NCBI RefSeq assembly: GCF_018977255.1
Contig: NW_024704756.1
Span: 11,780,001-11,844,000, forward strand
Reading direction: 5' to 3'
DNA length: 64,000 nt
Source: Callorhinchus milii
Taxonomy: Eukaryota
Positions 56,294-64,000 of the stretch are shown in pieces (positions within the stretch are counted from its first letter, which is position 1; each line of letters opens with the position of its first letter). The position numbers were made by a program, and so were the translations under genes. The notes beneath the pieces were generated by a model, which was not told the origin of the DNA, made no database searches, and saw only the letters and a list, made by a program, of their open reading frames with translations.

Positions 56294-56559
56294 CAGTTGA
56301 CAGATTGAACCTCTGGCGACCTCTAAATTGGGCCCGATTTCAAAGGAAATTTGGGTGCACTTTCAAATGGGTTGAGGAAGAATGTTCTAAGGGAGGAATC
56401 AGTGCTGAAGCAAGTGTGGGAATAATAATAATCATAATAATCCTTACATTTGGTGTAGCTGAACCAGATTGAGATTTCCAAGATATCTGAACCTTAAAAT
56501 GTGAATAAGTGCTCTACATGGTTTGAGGGAACATAACAGGTCTAGGATGAAATACAAAC

Positions 56560-56700
56560 TGCCTCTTCAGAGGGATGCACCTGCTGACCAAATTTCTTAG
56601 AGTATGAGGCTTAGGTTGGCAATAGCCAAAGCTTAGGAACCCCAGTGTGCATGATGAAGTAACTGCTGGAGTTTAGCCAGCTAAAGATACATAGCTTGAA
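56560..56700 (-). repeat. Third copy of the ancient LINE 5'-leader sequence
   Basis: Revcomp TTTAGCTGGCTAAACTCCAGCAG...TTGCCAACCTAAGCCTCATAC...AGCAGGTGCATCCCTCTGAAGAG aligns with 59000-59127. Confidence 0.65.
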
Positions 56701-58883
56701 CATGATTTGCCTGCAAATATACAGCCACTATATTTTACAGTATTACAGCTTTCCTGTGAAATGCTTTGATACGGCATCCCAAAGCGAAAAATAAAATTTC
56801 AATTTATTATTATTATATCTCTATTATTGTTTTTATTCTAAGTTCCACTTCAGAGTAAATTGAATCCTTTCCAGTCCATTTCAGAGTTATTTTGGTCTAT
56901 TTTCTCATCTCATCATTACACAGCTTCCTCTATCCAGGAAACCTGGGTCAAAGACTTGCAAAGCAGCCATCACTTCTACTTTTGCAGGAAGGGTGATTGG
57001 AGTAAAAGCATTTCACCACGTTAGTTTTCCCCTCCGTGTGGAGAGGGGACAACTTGCATTTACATGACACATCATCTGGCAGTCTGCCTGGGAAGATAAC
57101 AAAATTAGGACAAATGAATTTGAGTGACAGGCAGCTGTGGGACTTAACCTTCTGACCATTAGGTGGGAAGAAAGTCGCTCAAAATACTTGAGCTGCCAGA
57201 CTGCTCTCTGTTTCAGTTCAAAAGCCATCTTCTTTTAACACTGCAGCAGATCTGTGTTTGTGGAACTCCTGATTGTCACAGACTGCCCCATGCTTGAACA
57301 CTTAATCTTTAATGCCAGGAATGCTGTAGAGATGTCAGTGCGCAGACATCACTTGTCATTTATAACATTGTGCTGTTGTTCCCATGTTACCGGCAAAACA
57401 TTTGGGATTATGTGGTGGGGAGGGAGAAGGTTCACATTCAATTAAAACTATCATTTGCATCTCCATAATTTCGAGCTGCAATTGACCACTCGGGTGACTT
57501 ATATCCCTGTCCAAATCCCAAATTTCTAACTTTTTTTGCGGACATTGAAAACATTGATTGGGGCTGGGAGATACTGTCATATCTAAAGTAAAGGCAGAGA
57601 TAATCTATTAAGCAAACAGGCTTAACCTTAAAGAAAAGAATATCTACAGCTCTTCAACTCCACTCTAACATTCCACAGCACTGCAATAATTCACAATGTG
57701 TATGAGGCAGAAGCAAAATTCTTGTATCCTTGAAAAGTCTGGAAATAACTTATAAAATGCAAGCTACAAAAGATACTGTTTACAACCATATGAGATCTAT
57801 CTCTTCAGAGTTTTAGCGCCAGAATGTTATAGTAAGCAAATGTTGAGAATAAAATGGAACTCAAATTACCCTGGCATTACTTTGCACAGTGCATGTATTT
57901 TCTACAGATAAATAACCATTTGCTTTTCTGCTAAAATCATCACAAGCATATGCCAATATTTAAATGATGTTTCATTGCAGACTATAAATAAATTAATACT
58001 GTCGTGCAACCACTTAAAATAATTGGCAGTTCTTTTATTTCTTGACCACCAAAAGGTTCATGCATGAATACAATTCAACGACTGGCTTTTCTAATGAGGA
58101 CGATGAACTATGAATCTGACTTTCACATACCCTTTTGACCTATTTTAATAATCTGAATTTAAAGTAGTTCAGACAAGCATTCAGTTAAATCCCTAGATAG
58201 TAAGACCCTGATTTGAAATGTGCTAAGGTGCACTGTAATCGAACAGTGTTCAAGCAGTTCATAGAGATGAAGATTTAAGGTCAATTAAAATACACCCCAG
58301 CTGAAAAGGTCACTTAATTCATGTTTCTGTAATGGAGTAAAACAAAAAGAGAAAATTAATGGAGAATTAAGATAAATGAACTTGCTATGTTTTCGTAATG
58401 TGACAGCAATTTAGCGAGTTCCACTTTAATGTATATTAAAACAGACTACAATTAGCATAATTTATTATGACCAGAAGCATTAAAACACAAGCCTGTTTTG
58501 ATTTGCCATGACTAGTTTATTCCTAATTGGGTGAGATGAAAATGATCATTTTCTTGATAGCTTTTCAAAATATGATAATTAAACAGGAGTAAGTTTGATT
58601 GTTCTAAATGTATTACAAAGGCAATAATCCTTGCATTTGATATTGCACCTTTCACGTCAGGAGGATGTCTCAAAGCAGTTCACAAGATTTGACATGTAAT
58701 TTGGCTGTAATGTGGAGCGACTATGTATTTTGTGGGTGAAAGCACCAACCAATTAAATACTACTCTGTCCTACTCACCATTCTCTAGGTCTAGAAGTCAT
58801 GGCCTCCAAGGAGTCAAATAAACATGAATAATTTTAAAATAGATGGTGGGTGCTAATATATATTTATACATATATATTATAAA

Positions 58884-61200
58884 TCCTGGAAGCCAAAGCC
58901 CTAACAAGTACGGTGTTCTTAGCTGGGCAGGCGTCCCCAAGTCTTGACTCGTGTCACTCTCTGGTGCCAGACACCTACTCTCAATAGCTAGCTGTGTGGT
59001 TTTAGCTGACTGAACTCCACCAGTACCCCCAACCCATACCCTGGGGTCACCTAGACAACAGCTCTTGCCAATCTGCGCCTAATATCCCCCGAAACTGGGC
59101 AAGCAGGGTGATTCCCTCCTGGAGAGAGTGCATATTCCATTCCATTCCAGACAGTGGAATATTTCCATGTGTATGTGGCATACATTTGTGGAAATCTCAA
59201 TATGGTTTGTATATTCTGAAGAATTTCTGTCTGTGTCAGACACTTAGCTATACAGAAGACTACAAGATACTGTGATAACTAGGACATCACAGCTTTAATC
59301 CCTTTTGATTAGAATCTTAGAATCTGTATAATCTTATATAACCTTGAAAAAGTGCATTCCTGCATGTGAAATATGAAAATCTCAATGATGTGCATGATTC
59401 ATTTGATATAATTTAACATGGCTATAACATGCTCTCTTCAAAACAGAATTTCACAATTATTCACCTCTCTGAAAAATTATAATTGATTTCTACAATGGTT
59501 GATTTTGGAATGAGAGTCAATAATACAATAATCACCACAGTCTAATACAGTTCTGCACAAGATGACATGTTGAGAGTGAACAACTGATGAAACAGATTCT
59601 CTAAACTCTAATCAATGTATGTTTAACCTTTAAAGGTCTTCATTTCCTTTGAATATTTGTCTACAATGCTTCTCCTAATCAGTATGGTGGACTGACCTTG
59701 CACTACTTAATCAATCACCCCCAAGGAACTGAAATAGCATCTAACAAATTAATGCAACACAGTATTTACTGCTGTTTTTAATATGTTATTGTGCATTCCA
59801 TTAGAAAATGCCAGTCATAGAAGTTAATTGCAGAAATATATCTTGTGAAATTTCAGAAATGTATAAACACATTTTAAATAAATTATTTTGTGGAGGAAAA
59901 AGCAACCTCCACTCTACAGTATATGCATTTGTTAAAAAACAATGCAATATATTTTCAGAATAATATGACAATGTTATATGTGAGCCTGTAATTAATACAC
60001 ATTATTAATATGTGAATGAATGAGCTGGCATAATAACAAAAGCCACATTGCCTTTTCATGGGAATTATTTTGTTCTTTACCATTTTGCATAGGACACACA
60101 CAACAATTTTATTGGAATGGAATAGAGGCAACATCGTTCTTGCAATATGCTACAATCATTGCATTCTAACTAGCGAGAAGTTTATACTGTACCCATACAA
60201 TGAACGAAAAGAAAACATGCCTTTTGTTAACCTCCTCAGTCAGTAATGCATGACATGAAAAGGTTACATCATTTAAGAAGTAAAAGATTATGTAAAATAT
60301 TGCTGTTATCTTTCCCACCATTTAATTGTGCATTACTTTTGCAACATTACAAAGCAAGGATGAACTTGGTTCATTGCAAACTTACAGCACACAGTTCTTC
60401 AGATTACGTTTTCCCCGAAGCTAGTTGCAATTGAAAAAAACAGAATGTCAATACATTGTCATTGATTCTCTGGGTTAGATTCATCACAGGGGTTTTTCCA
60501 GGAATATGAGCAATAAATTCAATTAGGTGATGGTTTCAGCTTGTGAAGAACCGGTAGAAGAGAGACAGGGATTTGCGACAGCAGAAAGTTTAATTCTGCC
60601 TGCGAGATGACATTCCTTCACCTGCCCCTTTGCTGTGAAAAAGACTCTGTTTGAGTTGAAAACACCCTGATTAAAGGAAAGAAAAACATGCAATGGTCTT
60701 GAAATCCGAACCAGCAGAAGATTGTTACGAGCCACAAGAGGGCACTTCAAGTCTGCACTAGATATGCGTTTTCCTTTGCATTATTGAAGTCAGTGGAATA
60801 AATGGTGTTGATTATCTAGTCAAGGGGAGCAGAGACAGTAATCTTGGTCTTTTTTTTAACTAGATTGCTTGCTTGTTAAATGATAGGCATCCAAGCAATC
60901 AATGTGTCCAAGAGAAGACTGAGAAAACAATTTGCCAGTGTTTGTGAGCATCACATTCAGTTTAAGTTCCTCGGTATAACCTTGTTCCCATCCTGAAAGG
61001 CTGCAGAAAATTGCAGCGACCGTATCGAGGAAAACACTGTGCAACTAACTGGTGAATGAATAATTGTGCGATGTTCACATGACATTAGTCTGCACGAGGC
61101 GACCATTGGCTCTGATTATGATCACATCGATTATTATGTGGGGTTTAGGCTGATTGGGTTTCCCAGCTCAAAACTGGATAACTTAGGTTTAACACAAACA
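58884..61200 (+). mobile_element. Very old near-full-length non-LTR retrotransposon relic (5' leader + APE + RT)
   Basis: QWNI (~59151, cf. TWNV), AIQKT (cf. ALQET), MVDFGMRV (59495), LINVC, QIN, SHR (cf. SDHR), TGRRETGICDSRKFN (~60550), LQVCTRYAFSFAL and FKFLGIT (60961) occur in canonical order. Confidence 0.55.
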
Positions 61201-61422
61201 TGCTGCTCCAAGACCATGACTCCAGCATACATGAATTTAATAAGAATAATTTCTATTCAACGTGGGGACTTTCCTATTTGAAGCATACATTCCTAGTACT
61301 GAGTTCAACGAGACTACTCTGTTCAAATACTGCAGTGAAATGCAGCAAAACTGAAACCTTTACACTACAGTATTTGTAACACTCTGAAGTTTTGAGTCAT
61401 TGTGTTAAAACAGCTTTGTGTT

Positions 61423-61592
61423 AAAATAATTTGGTCACTCAATCCATGACTGTTTGCGGAACACTGCTGTGCGCAATTGGCTGTCACGTTTCGCCCACAA
61501 AACATAGTCAATTCACTTGACAGTATAAAGCGCTTTGAAACATCTCGACGACATGATAAGACGCTATATCAAATGCAAGGATTATTATTATT
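61423..61592 (+). mobile_element. 5'-truncated tRNA/Deu SINE
   Basis: Deu block, older tail and (ATT)n. Confidence 0.9.
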
Positions 61593-62394
61593 AACAAGGG
61601 ATTCTGGGATCAAAATCACAGTATTGCCAGTTATGTTACATTAAAACATTCCTTTCTGGACATATTCTGCAACAAAACTGAACAATAACAATATTCTTGC
61701 ATTCTAAGAGGATAAGCAGCATGAAGATAATACATTTCACTTTATTATCAGTCCATTTCTAGAGATTATGAATAAAAAGTTCAAAAGATCTGCTGCAACA
61801 GGGGTGAATTGGTGATAAGAAGCTTTTCCTAAAACTGAGAAAAATCTGGCATTCATAGAGGAACCTGAGAACTTACTTGTTAAATTGAAAACTTTGAGTC
61901 AAACATTCAAGCTTTCTTTCTAACAACAAGAAGTTCGATTTATATAGCATCCGACATGCACTTGAACGTCATCATAGTTTCTTACTTGCTACTTAGACCT
62001 TACTTTCTGATTCAAAGTAATTTTCTGGAGAACAAACATACAATCAGCAACAAGTTGCATCATTCACATAGTATTTCACACCTGATGCTCATCCTGCAGT
62101 ACAGGACAAAATATACTGCTTCAATTGCCAGCAACAGTGCAGTTTTATTATACCCTTGAGTCACATACTTGAATGAAGAGGCAAAGAACTGTAGAGCATT
62201 GACTTAAGCAATCAGTGGATAATGTTTTTCTGTTTATGTTATCAACAAACCAGTGCCGGGCTTGAACATTATGGTTAATTTTGTTAATACTGCTTTAATG
62301 AATTTTTTTGCAGCAACATAACCTTGAACTAAATAAACCAAGTAAACAGACCAAGTCCAACAATTTTTACAATCTACATTGCATCCCTCTTATT

Positions 62395-62765
62395 GTGGAG
62401 TCCTGTAGCTCAGTGGTTAGAGTCTCGCCTCGCAAGCGAGAGACCTGGGTTCGATTCCCAGCAGGGCGAAATATGAGGCAAGTTTTGTTACTCCACTCGT
62501 CTTTGTTTACCTAGCAGTAAGTTTGAACCTGGTTGTTAGTTGATTGGCGGATCGCTTTTCCGGGAGTAATGAACCCTTCAAAAAAATATATAATAAATTG
62601 GTCACTTCAATCCACGACTCTTTGTGGGACACTGCTGTGCACAATTGGCTGCTGTGTTTTACCCACAAAATATACAGTCAATTCACTTTACAGTATATTC
62701 TGTGAAGCGCATTGAAACGTCTCGAAGATGTGATAAGGACCGATATCAAATGCAAGGATTATTAT
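62395..62765 (+). mobile_element. Full-length older/longer SINE subfamily
   Basis: Head loop CTCGCAA (CGC), extra ~60-bp body segment (TGTTTACCTAGCAG...GGCGGATCGCTTTTCC) and tail loop TCGAA. Confidence 0.93.
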
Positions 62766-62767
62766 TT

Positions 62768-63097
62768 GTGGAGTCCTGTAGCTCAGTGGTTAGAGCACTT
62801 GCTTTGCAAGTGAGAGACCTGAGTTCAATTCCCGGCAGGGCGAAACTTTGGGCAAGTTTCCTTACTCCACACGCCTAATAATAATCCCTCCAAAAACCAA
62901 AACCAATAATAAATTGGTCATTTTCAATCTACGACTGTTTGTGGGACATTGCTGTGTGCAATTGGCTGCCGCGTTCGCCCACAAATATACAGTCAATTCA
63001 CTTTACAATGTGTTCTGTGAAGCGCTTTGGGACGTCCTCCCGACGTGAAAAGCGCTATATCAAATGCAAGGATTATTATTAATGATTATTATTATTA
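62768..63097 (+). mobile_element. Full-length young SINE, head-to-tail behind the older copy
   Basis: Starts inside the (ATT)n tail of the preceding SINE. Confidence 0.96.
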
Positions 63098-63196
63098 GTA
63101 GTATTGTATTTACATCTGTTTTTGTGAGTTTCAAAAATTAACTCCTGGCTTGGTTGCTTGGGTGGTCCATAGGGCACTAGGCTTTCAATTAAACAC

Positions 63197-63340
63197 AGCA
63201 ACACAAAGAACTTGCATTTATATAGTGCCCTTAACGTCTCAAGTCTCGGAGTGCTTATATGCTTAAACACTAGACAGCGCCCGTCATAAAGAGGGAGGAG
63301 AAAAAGAGTAACTGTCAGAATCAGTCGCAAAAAGCTGAAG
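63197..63340 (-). mobile_element. L2-type 3' end
   Basis: AACTTGCATTTATATAGTGCCCTTAACGTC tail followed by purine-rich sequence (C/T-rich UTR on the minus strand). Confidence 0.6.
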
Positions 63341-64000
63341 GACTATTTTGACAACAGAAAGGAGAACAAGATAAATGAACAAGATTTGACCGTTTTTGCT
63401 AAGCAGACACTTCAACCAATGCTGGGCCACAAATTGCCAGCAATCCTTTTAGGCTAAAACAGGTCATCGAGAGAAAATTATTATTGCAAAGTATATCAGG
63501 AAGGCCTTATTCCAATATATATGGTTAACTTTAATAAAATATGCGTGAACTTGTTTGCTATTTCTCACTTATTGGAAACCTATTAATGTCTGTCATGGAG
63601 TCAGGTTTGGGACTCATTTTCCATTGGCTAATGACAAGGATGATAAATCTTAAACCTGAAGAGTAATCTTACTGGGGTTATAACACACCCTACAATATAT
63701 TTTCTGGTGCTGCAATGTACATTTCCAGACCTTAAAGATGCAAGATAAATAGAATATCTGTAATTATCTTGCGTCATTTCGATATTTTATGTTGCTTGTG
63801 GGGCCACCTGATTGTTTTGCATGGCAACTGGCGCAAAGCCAACTTTGCAAGCGTTTTTTTTAAGAAAGTTTAGCAATAGCTGAAGTTCCACTTTTAAGTA
63901 CTAATGTTAGGAAAGAGTCTCCAAAGCTTAGAAACGTCAGTGGCCACCAGGAGCCAGTGAACAAAGCTTAAGAATGTACACACAGCATTCTCGCCTTTCC

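Noticed and set aside
27296-63048. Recurrent near-identical ORFs (MWDIAV..., MGKFPYST...) that look like a peptide gene family
   Set aside because: They are chance frames in SINE copies, starting at GTG/TTG inside the repeat.
1-64000. CRISPR array, rRNA, operon-like or host protein-coding genes
   Set aside because: No regularly spaced repeat-spacer units, rRNA similarity, long ORFs or consistent exon chain were seen.

Overview
AT-rich, non-coding vertebrate DNA (gene desert or large intron). The repeat content (tRNA-Ala/Deu-domain SINEs with L2-type tails, shark-type CR1 3' ends) points to a cartilaginous fish, probably a chimaera/elephant shark; this is inference from repeat families only. 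I found no credible host exon, RNA gene or CRISPR array. The supplied ORFs are repeat-derived or chance. Three layers are readable. (1) Young repeats: near-identical SINEs, some with 5-bp TSDs and nested in CR1 or in each other, plus CR1 and L2 fragments, a hAT MITE with an 8-bp TSD and a probable LTR with a PBS remnant. (2) Many very old non-LTR retrotransposon fossils, legible only by hand-translating through stops and frameshifts. Two appear near full length (5' leader + APE endonuclease + RT) and share a homologous leader, and one RTE-like relic appears to carry an extended C2H2-finger tail. (3) Structural oddities: a ~600-bp imperfect foldback, a perfect 62-bp palindrome, an 80-bp inverted duplication, a templated micro-insertion and candidate enhancer blocks. 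Fossil boundaries are approximate and all protein-motif matches are by eye.
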